DNA of 64,000 nucleotides, taken from contig MU053754.1 in NCBI GenBank assembly GCA_013239625.1, positions 1,221,966 to 1,285,965 on the forward strand, given 5' to 3'. The notes below the pieces were generated by a model, which worked only from the letters and a program-made list of their open reading frames with translations, was not told the DNA's origin and searched no databases. A program made the position numbers and the translations under genes. Of this stretch, positions 1 through 9,573 are shown in pieces. This DNA is from Lama guanicoe. Lineage: Eukaryota. Positions within the stretch are counted from its first letter, which is position 1, and every line of letters starts with the position of its first letter.

Positions 1-125
1 GTACAAGGGGTACCGGCCTGAGGGTTAGCACTGGGGTTCTGGTCCCCATCCTACGACAAATGGTGGTGAAAGGTAAGAGGGCTAAGGACACTGCAGAGGT
101 GGGGGTGCAGCCCAATTCACACTGT

Positions 126-868
126 ATTTTGCTTCCAAGTTGGTTTAAAATCTTGTGTTAATTTCTGGTGAACAGCACAGTGATTCAGTTATATATATAT
201 ATTCCTTTTCATATGCTTTCCATTACAGGTTATTACAAGATATTGAATATAGTTCACTGTGCTATACAGTAGGTCCTTGTTGTTTATCTATTTTATATAT
301 AGTAGTTTATATTTGCTAATCCCAAACTCCCAGTTTATCCTTTCCCATCTCCTTTCCCCCCTGGTAACCATAAATTTGTTTTCTATGTCTGTGAATCTGT
401 TTCTATTTTGTAGTAAGTTCATGTATGTCTTTTTTTTTTTTGAGATTCCACATATGAGTAATATCATATGATATTTTTCTTTCTCTTTCTGGTTTTCTTC
501 ACTTAGAGTGGATCTCCAGGTCCATCCATGTTACTGCAAATGGTATTATTTTATTTTTTTATGGCTGAGTAATTTATATACAACTTCTTTATCCAGTCAC
601 CTGTTGATGGACATTTAGGTTGTTTCCATGTCTTGGCTATTGTAAACAGTGCTGCTGTGAACACTGGGGGTGCATGTATCTTTTCCAATTAGAGTTTCTT
701 CCCAGATATATGCCTAGGAGTGGGATTGCTGGATCATATGGTAAGTCTATTTTTAGATTTTTGAGGAATCTCCATACTGTTTTCCACAACAGCTGTACCA
801 AACTCCATTCCCACCAGCAGTGTAGGAGGGCTCCCCTTTTTCCACACCCTCTCCAGCACTTATCGTGT
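126..868 (-). mobile_element. LINE-1 3' fragment, cetartiodactyl/camelid-type
   Basis: Typical L1 3'UTR/ORF2-end text (cacagtgattcagttatata, tgtgctatacagtaggtcc, atatgcctaggagtgggattgctggatcatatgg). Confidence 0.9.
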
Positions 869-879
869 GTGGGCTTGGA

Positions 880-1157
880 CAGAGCTGCAAATCCTTGGCC
901 TTCCCTGACGTGCCACTATATCTCTCCAATCTCTGCCTCTGCTGTTACACGCATCCTCCCCGCCTCCCCCTGTGTCTCTGTGTCCAGATGTCCCTCTTCA
1001 GTTAACGCCTGACATTGGATCAGGGTCCACCCTAATGACCTCATCCTAACACAATTTTATCTGCAAAGACTTTGTTTTTAAATAAGACCACAGGCATAGG
1101 TACTGGGGGTTAGGACTTCAGCATACCTTTTTGGGAGATACAGTTCAACCCATAACA
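880..1157 (-). mobile_element. MLT1B/MLT1C-like MaLR LTR fragment
   Basis: ccaccctaatgacctcatc...ggtactgggggttaggacttcagcatacc...gttcaacccataaca matches the recalled MLT1 5' end, reversed. Confidence 0.8.
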
Positions 1158-1179
1158 CCATGCATTGCATTGTTCTAAC

Positions 1180-1226
1180 TAAAGTGTCTGTGAATATTTC
1201 TTCTCTACTATCTTCCCCTGGAAGTC
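1180..1226 (-). pseudogene. Small candidate exon (GLPGEDSREEIFTDTL)
   Basis: Very strong acceptor ccctgtttttcttgttttcataacag|; the donor tta|gttaga is weak. Confidence 0.4.
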
Positions 1227-1928
1227 CTGTTATGAAAACAAGAAAAACAGGGACACACAGTCAGCCAAATACTGACTGTCTGTAGCACTTTGCACATGAT
1301 TTTATTAGCATCTATCTGATTGTAACAATTTGACTGTATCTGTTCCCACCTCTGACTTGGAAGTGAGATTTTTTCAAGACATACGTTAATAAATAAACAT
1401 GTGTCATTTATTAAATAACACATATTAGACATAGGTCTTATTCCAACTTCAAGCTTAATGCCTGTCACATACACAGAGATCTCAGGAGGTGTCTGTTAAG
1501 TGAGAGAAAGACACAGAAGAGGAGAAGGGAAGGCAAGACAGGTGGAATGGAGTGATTCTGCGTTTTTGTGTTCAATCTTTAGCTTTAACCAGGTTAACTG
1601 CCTTCCCCTCTAACCTTTCCTAATGGCCTCCACTGATTCCTCTCTAGCCTCACAAGGACTGAAACTCATCATCAGACACTAAGTCAAGAAGGGAGTGATA
1701 AAGACTAACAGTTTAGATATTAATCTAAGACAAGACAAGAACGCTGGGGGATTCTTCAGGCCCCGTGATTCTGTGGAGTGCTAATAAAGATTGCTGTGGT
1801 GGGAGTTTTCTGGGCTTTTTCCGTGGTCAGGAATGCTCCTTCCTTGAGAACAGCATTAGGTGTTACCCCTAAAGTACTGTAGGTTAGTATCAATTACCCC
1901 AAGTAGCTTATCTCAAAACTGTCCTCAC

Positions 1929-1958
1929 CTACAGTGAAGGGTTCTGTTTGGACGTCCT
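1929..1958 (-). pseudogene. 30-nt candidate phase 1-1 exon (xDVQTEPFTV)
   Basis: Acceptor tgattggttacag| (moderate), donor tag|gtgagg (strong). Confidence 0.4.
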
Positions 1959-1975
1959 CTGTAACCAATCACATG

Positions 1976-2350
1976 CTGTGTTAGTTTCTACTGCTGCCTA
2001 ACAAGCGGCGCACTAATCAGCAGCCTACAACCACCGTTAGGACCTCACAGATTTCCCCTGTGCCTGCAATCAGGGCGTCAACTCGGGCTGGGGACTCAGC
2101 TGAGGCTGCACTGGGGAAAGATCGCCTTCTAAGCTCTCATGGTCATCGTTGGCGGAACTCAGTTCCCAAGACAGGGTCTGAGTCCCATGTAAATGCAATC
2201 ATTGAAGTGACTTCCCTTCAAACTTGCCATAGTCCATAGGTTAAATGCAAGTTATAGGTCTCACTCACTCTCACGGGGAGGAGATCCCACAAGGATGTCA
2301 GTGCCAGAAGCAGAGATCACCAGGGTTACCTCAATGATCTGTTCACTACA
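1976..2350 (-). mobile_element. MLT1F-like MaLR LTR
   Basis: tgttagtttctactgctgcctaacaa...gttggcggaactcagttcc...ggggaggagat...cactaca. Confidence 0.65.
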
Positions 2351-3001
2351 CTTTCCAGCCAAGGCTAGATTCCTCATGAAAACTTGAATGGCACAGGCTT
2401 TTAGGGGTAGAGAATTTCAAGGATAACACAGTGAATGCTGGTAAACATCTATACTGATCAATGGCTAGCTTAACTCAGACTGAGGTTACACCCTCTCCAT
2501 GTGTCTATTCATCAAATATTTATTAAACACATCTGAGCAAAATAAAGTGAATCTGTACAACTTACACTAAAAAAGGGACTTTCATTTCCAGAGAACATTC
2601 TTGGCACAAAACAGGTATATATTCTGGATAAACACGTTTACCACCACGTACACAATAACGAATGCACAGGCACTAAAGTGAGGGAAACAGTTGGAGGTCA
2701 CATACGACAGGAATGCATGCCCCCGACGGGGTGAGGAAAGCTGGAGGCAGGGGTCCCTGGGAGCCATTGCTGCTTCCTGTTGACCTGGAGCCACATCCTC
2801 AGACCCAGGGAACTGGCTGAGCTGGGGGTGGGGGGATAGGTTCTGAGACTCCTACATAACCCTGAGTCTCTAAGGGCAGGAACCACAGGGAGCAAATGGG
2901 AGAGAAAATGCTCTGAGACGGGTGATAACCTGGCTTTAGATGGACTGCAGAAAAGCAGGAAACCGTTTCCAAAAATTCCTCAACCCAAAGTCCTCACTTA
3001 C

Positions 3002-3037
3002 ATGCTTCCAGACTTGTAGGCACGGAGCAAGTGAAGC
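3002..3037 (-). pseudogene. 36-nt symmetric exon
   Basis: Acceptor ttggggtttctag|, donor cat|gtaagt. Phase-1 reading (G)FTCSVPTSLEA continues the previous exon. Confidence 0.55.
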
Positions 3038-3129
3038 CTAGAAACCCCAAGCCAAGATTTTTATCAAAAGTACCCTGTGTTTCTGACTCTCTACCTGCAT
3101 TACAGAAGTACATGTGGAAAATCCTGGCA

Positions 3130-3640
3130 TACCGATCTCTGATAATTCTTAGGTGCATTGTGTCTGAGTACTAAATGACAACCTTTGTGGCTGACGCATA
3201 GAAATGGGAGTTTCTGTATCTTGATCTTATGTTTGACAACCTGCTAAAGTGTCTTATTCATTCTGAGACTTTCTTAGATTCTTTAGTGTTTTCTGCAGAA
3301 TTAATCATAGTTTCAAATACTGGGAGTTATTCTTTCTTTCCAATTTTTAGGTTCTATTTATTTTCCTTTTATTTTGTGCTCACTAGGGCTGCTAGTATAA
3401 TGTGATACAGAAATGACAGCAGGCTGATTACAGAGAATTTTCTGGAGGATAATCTGGGCTGAGACCAAAATAATGACTTGATTCCAGGCACGTGAAATCA
3501 GAGGGACCAATGCTCCATAAAACGAAACAGCAAGTGCAAAGGCCCTGAGGTGGGGACATGCCTGATGTGTTTGAGCAGTGGAAGAAAGATTACTGGGCTG
3601 AATGCAGAGGTCAGACAGGAGAGCTGTCAAAAATGAACTG
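3130..3640. mobile_element. Old L1M fragment (~3130-3420) followed by an L2 fragment (~3440-3640)
   Basis: Degenerate L1 ORF2 antisense text; caagtgcaaaggccctgaggtggggacatgcctgatgtgtttgag is an L2 motif. Confidence 0.6.
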
Positions 3641-4101
3641 TTGTCCATTAACTCTGGGAAACTATGTTGCATTTGCAATGCCGCAGGCAAGTGGGTACTT
3701 ATTACATGGTTTCAGTTTGTTATGTTGCTCAAAATACCACTACTGCTGGGGACAACTGGTACTAGGCGACCCTGGGTTCTGCTGGCCCAGGGTCAACATG
3801 ATGAGGTTAGCTAAGTTTGTCTTGATAACCCATCTCTTTCACTTTCTACTCCCTATTTGTCTCTGCATCACCCTGCAAAGCGCTCCATTCTCTTCATGCT
3901 GGGCTCCTCACTTGGGCCAGTCCCACTTAGATAACAGCACCACCCAAAGATTAACCCACTCCTATCCAAACAGAGCTCAGTGGCAAATCACTGCTTTGCA
4001 TGGTGATCAGAAATATAGCACACCTGTGGATGAAAATGACAACCTCCCTAGGTATTTGTTCTTAAACGAGAACTATCAGATAGAAATGTCTCAGCTATAT
4101 A

Positions 4102-4462
4102 CAGCCAGCTCTCTGGATCCACAGGTCCTACACTCAAGGATTCAACCAACTGTGGATCAAAAATGTTAAAAGAAAAAAAAATTCCAGAAAGTTCCAAAAA
4201 GGAAAACTTGAATTTGCCATGTGCTAGTAACTATTTACATAGTATTTAAGTTGTATTTACTGTTTACACAGTATTTGCATTCTATTAGGTATTATAAGTA
4301 ACCTAGAGATGATTAAAGTATGTGGGAAAAGTATATGAGAGGATTGTGTAGGTTAAATGCAAACCCTAAGCCATTTTATATTATGGATTTGAGCATCCTT
4401 TGATTTTGGTGTTGCCTGGGGCCCTGAAACTAATCCTGCCCTTGGATACTGAGGAATGACTG
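4102..4462 (+). mobile_element. Tigger3a-like (TcMar-Tigger) non-autonomous DNA transposon
   Basis: ggattcaaccaactgtggatcaaaaat...aaagttccaaaaaggaaaacttgaatttgcc...taggtattataagtaacctagagatgatt...ggatactgaggaatgactg. Confidence 0.85.
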
Positions 4463-4866
4463 TCACAGGTCTAGTTTTGATAGCGCCAACAGAGACAGGT
4501 TTTCTTCCCCCTGGTATGACTTAGATATCCTAGGTGAACAGAAATCCATGAGGCTGTTCACTGGTGCTAGTTAGGAAGAGGCAGAGAATTGTAGCTCACG
4601 ACAAGGAGCTCTGTTTCTCAGTAGCATTCATCATATTCTTTTGGACTTGGCATTAAGTGCTGATCAATCTATGTGTTTTCTCTGTAATTTTTCTCTGCTT
4701 CCTACACTAGATGTCACTGTGCAGCTCATTACTAAATAGCCTAAGGAAACTCTTCACAGAGAAATGGAAACTATAAACGACCCTGAGGGATGCCTAACAT
4801 GGCAGCGCTCTGCTCAGCCGGATGGCATTCAGCAAGGAGACGGCGCGTATCCTGTACGTGACTTAC

Positions 4867-4936
4867 CATTAGTGAAACTCAGAGAAGACTTATCAACAAC
4901 TTACACTTTTTTCCTGTCTTTTCCCCATTTGCATAC
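4867..4936 (-). pseudogene. 70-nt phase 0-1 exon with one in-frame TAA (alternative donor gives a 32-nt exon, 4905-4936)
   Basis: Acceptor ttctcactttgttgacag|, donor atg|gtaagt. Reads VCKWGKDRKKV*VVDKSSLSFTN with TAA at 4903-4901. Confidence 0.6.
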
Positions 4937-5966
4937 CTGTCAACAAAGTGAGAACTGAGGAAATGCAAATCGCCTACTCATGAAATTTAATGATGGCACA
5001 TACGCTCTATTCTATAATGCTGCAAAAATACACCACTCCCCTGATGTTTAAAGAAACATTCCTCTGGAAGAGAGAGGAGCAGGAACAGAGAAGGACCCAA
5101 CTCCATGTCCTTTGCTTTCTGGCCTCGTGCTTCTGTTGTATCATAGACCTTAAATTCAGAAGTGTGTTGAATGTTTTCAAAACGTAGGGACCAACTGTCC
5201 TGGTTTGCCTGGGACTGAGGGGTTTTAAAACCAAGATGAGTCGGTCAGTCTACTAACGCTGGACACCATGGAGATTCATTTCTTTGCATCATCACAAACG
5301 CACTGCCCCCATCTGAGGATTCCTCTGCACACACACAAAGAACCTTGAGTTCTTACACTAAGAAACCAAGCACAAGACAAGCAACATAACTCAGAGTATA
5401 TAGCTTTTTAAATTCCGTCAGAATGATGAGTTTAAGCTGCTGGTTGGCACGCATAAGGGGAAAAAAAAAGCCTTCCAGAAACAGAACTATTTGGCCATGC
5501 TCAAAGTTTTAACAAAAGTGACTACAGAAGTGGAATGATTTGAACCATCTCTAAAGAGTGCACAGTAAGAAATTTCCAGGCTAAGGTAAATATGCTGCCA
5601 TCCTGGCAAAAAGGATGTTCCTATGCTAGTTAAGAGGACTAAGTTTTTCTAAGGAAATATAAAGAACTAATGAGATGCATGGATCTAAGGTGACAATTCT
5701 ACAGCGTACGATGCAATTAGAGACACTGATGCAAAGGCATAGTTTTAACGCAGATCTAAATTAGTATCTAAAATAAGATTAGATCATCTTCCTCCAATGA
5801 AGTGCAAGTCAACACACTGTTCTATTATTGTATCAGGAGATGCTGATGATGATGACGGCGACACATACCTCTAATTCCTCCTTTAATCTTCACAACTGCC
5901 TACAAGGAATATGTCCTTATCTGCATTTCATAGACAAGGAATCTTGAGCACATACCTGCTCAACTC

Positions 5967-6064
5967 TGCACAGTCACAGTGATGGAATCAGATCCTGAAT
6001 CTAGCTCTTTCTGATTGCACAGTCACAGTGATGGAATCAGATCCTGAATCTAGCTCTTTCTGAT
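5967..6064 (+). repeat. Perfect 49-bp tandem duplication inside a MIR remnant
   Basis: tgcacagtcacagtgatggaatcagatcctgaatctagctctttctgat twice (5967-6015, 6016-6064). Confidence 0.95.
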
Positions 6065-6286
6065 GCAGGAAATAGGGCATTTCACCAGCTTTCTTTATTG
6101 TGTCTGGGTACCCACCAGGGCATCCTGCATCCAGAGCGAGGTCCTGCTCAGGATCCCCCTCCTGAGGAAGCCGTTTACCTGCATTCACTGTGAGTACCTG
6201 GAGGGACACCCCAGTTTAGGGAACACAACCTTCATTTTTCATCTGAAAGTTCTTTCATCTCAAGAGTTTGTTTAAAAAATTAGTTG

Positions 6287-6592
6287 ACACATGTAAATCA
6301 ACGATGTGAGAATACTCCCTCAGACCGTACACAAAAATAAATTCAAAATGGCTTAAAGATTTAAATATAAGACATGACACCATAAAACTCCTAGAAGAGA
6401 ACAAGGCAAAATGTTCTCTGACATAAATCACAACTATCTGTGCTTAGGTCAGTCTCTCAAGGCAAAAGAAGTCAAAGCAAAAATAAACAAACGGGACCTA
6501 ATTAAATTTATAAGCTTTTGCACAGCTAAGGAAACCATAGACAAAACAAAAAGACAACCTACAGACTGGGGGAAAATGTTTGCAAATGACAT
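6287..6592 (+). mobile_element. Internal LINE-1 ORF2 fragment without 3'UTR or polyA
   Basis: Encodes L1 ORF2-like KAKINKRDLIKFISFCTAKETIDKTKRQPTDWGKMFAN; both ends abrupt. Confidence 0.9.
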
Positions 6593-6769
6593 CAGTAACT
6601 GGTGTGTCCCCCAAACAACTTCCTTGCTAACGAAAGCAGATTCAGGAATTTTAGACAGTCTCATACTTCTGAAAAATATGTTTTCAAAGATTCTACGTTG
6701 CCCTGTGAACCCACCTACATAATCTCCTCTGAAAGTGCTCTGTTGGCACCATGGAGGAAGGGAGCTTAC

Positions 6770-6937
6770 ATCATCCATGGACTCTAGTCTGGAGAGGGTA
6801 ACTCTGAGGTTAGTGTTTTTCTTAAAGATGTTTCGAAGGTTCGCAGAGAACATTTCCTTCAGAGTTACTTCCAGTCTCCCACTTTCCAACTGTCACACTG
6901 TTACAGCAGATGAGTTAAAAGCCGACTGCCCACTGGT
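6770..6937 (-). pseudogene. 168-nt phase 0-0 exon with one in-frame TGA
   Basis: Acceptor tgttcctctgtgctgctcctcag|, donor gat|gtaagc. 56 codons; the single TGA at 6895-6893 is compatible with CGA>TGA CpG decay. Confidence 0.65.
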
Positions 6938-7461
6938 CTGAGGAGCAGCACAGAGGAACACTTCTGCTCCCACTCACCGCTGGGCCACTCAGAGCTGCAG
7001 AGTCAGCTGAGATGTCATCCAACATCGGGCAGGTATGTTTCAGCTCCCGCACCAGGAGCCACACCTCCATAACAAAACACCTGTGATGCGTCCAAGATCA
7101 GCTCAGCTCTTGGCCAGTATTTCTCAGTCGACACACTACCAATCGCAATCAAAGCAGTTCTTTCTAAGTGACGGGAGAGATCAGACTGAGAAGGTAACAG
7201 GTTTCAGAAGTAGAAATGGATAGACAAGTCTTGGAAGTCTTCCTTTGTCCAAGGAGGAGAGGCAGACCCCCTTCTTGGAGAAGACTGAGCTTTCCTGTGG
7301 GACTATGAGTATCTCAACAGGCCATTTGGATATGTAAAGAGAAAGCCTCATCGTATTCTCCAAAGGCAAAGCTCAGAGTTACAAGGAGTTAAGCAATCCT
7401 GTGTGTTAACACAGGCAGCTTTCAGCAATGGGAGCAGAGCTGCGGTTGCAGAGGTAATGTA

Positions 7462-7882
7462 TCTTCCTCGACTTACAATGGGGCTGTGTCCCCTTCGCAG
7501 CTGAGCCCAGCCAACCTTAAATGTGCTCAGAACACTTAGTCTAGCCTGCAGTTGGACAAAATCATCCAACAAAAAGTCTGTATTACACTGAAGTGTTGAA
7601 CATCTCAGGTAATTTACTGGACACTGTGCTGAAAGTGAAAAACAGAACATCTGTGTGGGTGTGGGATAGCTGTCCACCCTTGTGACCAGGCGGCTGCTGG
7701 GGCGGTGAGGGGGATGGGGCAGTGAGGAGGATGGGGAACGGCAGCTCACGACCACTGCCCAGCATCACCAGAGGGCACCATACCCCATATCACCAGCCCA
7801 GGAAAGCATCAGAATTCAAAATTCGAAGTACACAATCTACTGAATGTGTATAGCTTTCGTGTCATCATAGGCCGAGACCATC
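7462..7882 (+). mobile_element. Tigger5/MER47-like DNA transposon (duplicate at 10802-11222)
   Basis: cctcgacttacaatgggg...ccttaaatgtgctcagaacactta...aattcaaaattcgaagtac...ctactgaatg. Confidence 0.85.
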
Positions 7883-8165
7883 CATCTTGTAAGACTGATC
7901 AGGGGAATAAAGGATTTCCTGCCCTCTCTGGGGAAGACTGGAATGGGATCCTGAACTCCTCGTGGGGGCAGAAATCTGGGCCCTGGAAATGGCAGCAGGC
8001 TGGGAAATGGAGAGAGAGAAAGGAGAGGCAGCTGGATTTGGGGAGCCTGGATGCATGAACCATGATAAATGCACCAGTTTCCGGCACTGTACTTCTCTCC
8101 GGCCAGCCTGACACCTTCAGTGCTAGCTCATCCAGGACACGGATGAGGCTATGAGGATGTGAACC

Positions 8166-8478
8166 CAGGTGCAGGTATTGGCGTAGGCACAGGTGCAGAC
8201 GTGCACGCAGATGCAGACGTACACACACATGTGGATGTCCGCGGTGTAGGTGAGGGCACAGATATATGGATAGAGAGGTAGATATGGAGCTGTACTTACA
8301 GATGTAGCTACGACTTTAGCTTTAGGTGCGGGGAAAGATGTAGATATAGTTGAAAAGTTACAGTCATAGCCATAGACACAGAAAAGAAAAAGACAGCTTG
8401 AGAAATAGACGTGGCTGTAGAAGTAGCTGGAGGTGGAGATGTACAAAGAAACAGGTGGGGACGTAACTAAAGACATGG
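8166..8478. repeat. Degenerate period-6 simple repeat (GTAGAT/GCAGAC-like; duplicate at 11506-11818)
   Basis: Runs such as gcaggt gtaggc acaggt gcagac gcagat gtagat atggag gtagct. Confidence 0.7.
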
Positions 8479-8495
8479 AGCATCAGGGCTCATAC

Positions 8496-8715
8496 TCCTG
8501 GGTTCTTCGCACTGACAATCACCAACACACCGAAGTCGAACACCCAGAGCTGTCCCTGAACCTCCGGGGATATCTCAAGCACCGTCATACCCGGCCCCTG
8601 ACCCACATAAATTAGGCAGTGAGGAAGGCCAAGAGGAGCATCATGGTCTGCCCGGCACCTGCCTGCTTCATCGGCGCACATGGTCTCGTTTTCATAGATA
8701 TGAAATAAGTATTTA
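8496..8715 (-). pseudogene. Exon carrying the start codon and signal peptide (copy 1)
   Basis: Acceptor ttgtgctttacag|, donor gga|gtatga, Kozak cagaccATGA at 8644. ATG to donor is 149 nt, one short of phase 0. Restoring 1 nt gives MMLLLAFLxCLIYVGQG, a signal-peptide-like start. CpG-richer than its flanks. Confidence 0.6.
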
Positions 8716-9423
8716 CTGTAAAGCACAACATATGCCTCAAATTAGACTCTGTGGTCTCCGATCTACCAGCTCTAATTAGTCATGATCGTCATTAGGTGAG
8801 AAAAGTGTCTCCTGTACGAACTTTCCAAGAATATTTAAACATAAGTCATTTAAAAGCATGTTAAAAATCAGGTACCCATGACAACTAGCTACCATACTGC
8901 AATATCTTTGTTTATACAGTGCCCGGGCGAAGAGTTTTATCATTATCTTAGTGTATTAAATAATTTCATAATGATCTGTCACGTTCACTCTGCATTCACT
9001 TCAAAAGCTAATTTTAAATTTTTTGAGTATATATGTTTTAAACAATTAAGGCTAACATCACTTTATAAAATATAAACCATGGCTACATGTTTATTTTACA
9101 CCTTCTGTTGTCAGAGTAAATAGAGTTAGAAAAATATTCAAGCTAGTGTCTATTTTAAATTCTAGAAAATCCAGATAATTCAAATTTCCAGTATATAGTG
9201 TAAAATCCTTTCTTAATGATTTTATGCTTAAAAATTGGTCATGTGGACACTTAAATATCGTAAATTCTACTGTACTGTCCTATGCTCTCCCAACTAATTC
9301 CAACAAAATTAAATGGGACACAATTTGTATTTTAAAAGGTAGGTACTCTATCAAAAAATTGAAATTCCTCCACCATTTTCTTTAGTGGTCTGCAGACAAG
9401 CCTTCCTTCTCTCGAGGACACAC

Positions 9424-9573
9424 CTGTACCCTCAGATTTGGGTCCTCCAGGGAAGGAAGCAGTGCGAGTGCTGGGTCTGAGCCCGGGGTCAAGGTGTAGC
9501 TGAGAGATGTCAATGACGGAGATGAAACGACAGTAATGACACAGAACACCAGAGCAGTAAGGCTGAAGGCTCT
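9424..9573 (-). other. Candidate upstream (5'UTR or coding) exon; duplicate at 12764-12913
   Basis: Acceptor ttttatttctgtag|, donor cag|gtgtgt; 150 nt, two frames open; lies 0.7 kb upstream of the signal-peptide exon. Confidence 0.35.

Larger units (their letters stand above)
14..8715 (-). pseudogene. Multi-exon gene relic (candidate unitary pseudogene): signal peptide + ~110-aa domain + small-exon stalk; family not recognised
   Basis: Minus-strand exons with canonical AG/GT sites and matching phases: 8715-8496, 6937-6770, 4936-4867, 3037-3002, then small exons 1958-1929, 1226-1180, 50-14 (2599-2566 is an alternative). Reconstruction: MMLLLAFL(fs)CLIYVGQGPGMTVLEISPEVQGQLWVFDFGVLVIVSAKNPG|TSGQSAFNSSAVTV*QLESGRLEVTLKEMFSANLRNIFKKNTNLRVTLSRLESMDD|VCKWGKDRKKV*VVDKSSLSFTNG|FTCSVPTSLEA... 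Confidence 0.6.

Noticed and set aside
259..1012. ORFs 259..471 and 620..1012 (also 56661-57179)
   Set aside because: Translations of L1 3' sequence, mostly antisense; not genes.
3558..4169. Longest ORF in the track (203 aa)
   Set aside because: Starts in an L2 remnant and ends in Tigger3a; no recognisable domain or splice context.
6449..6889. 146-aa minus-strand ORF as a single-exon gene
   Set aside because: Only 6770-6889 is exon-like; the rest reads through the donor into intron and antisense L1.
7699..7736. G-quadruplex-like 17-bp tandem repeat inside Tigger5
   Set aside because: Small slippage product with one long loop; nothing points to a function.
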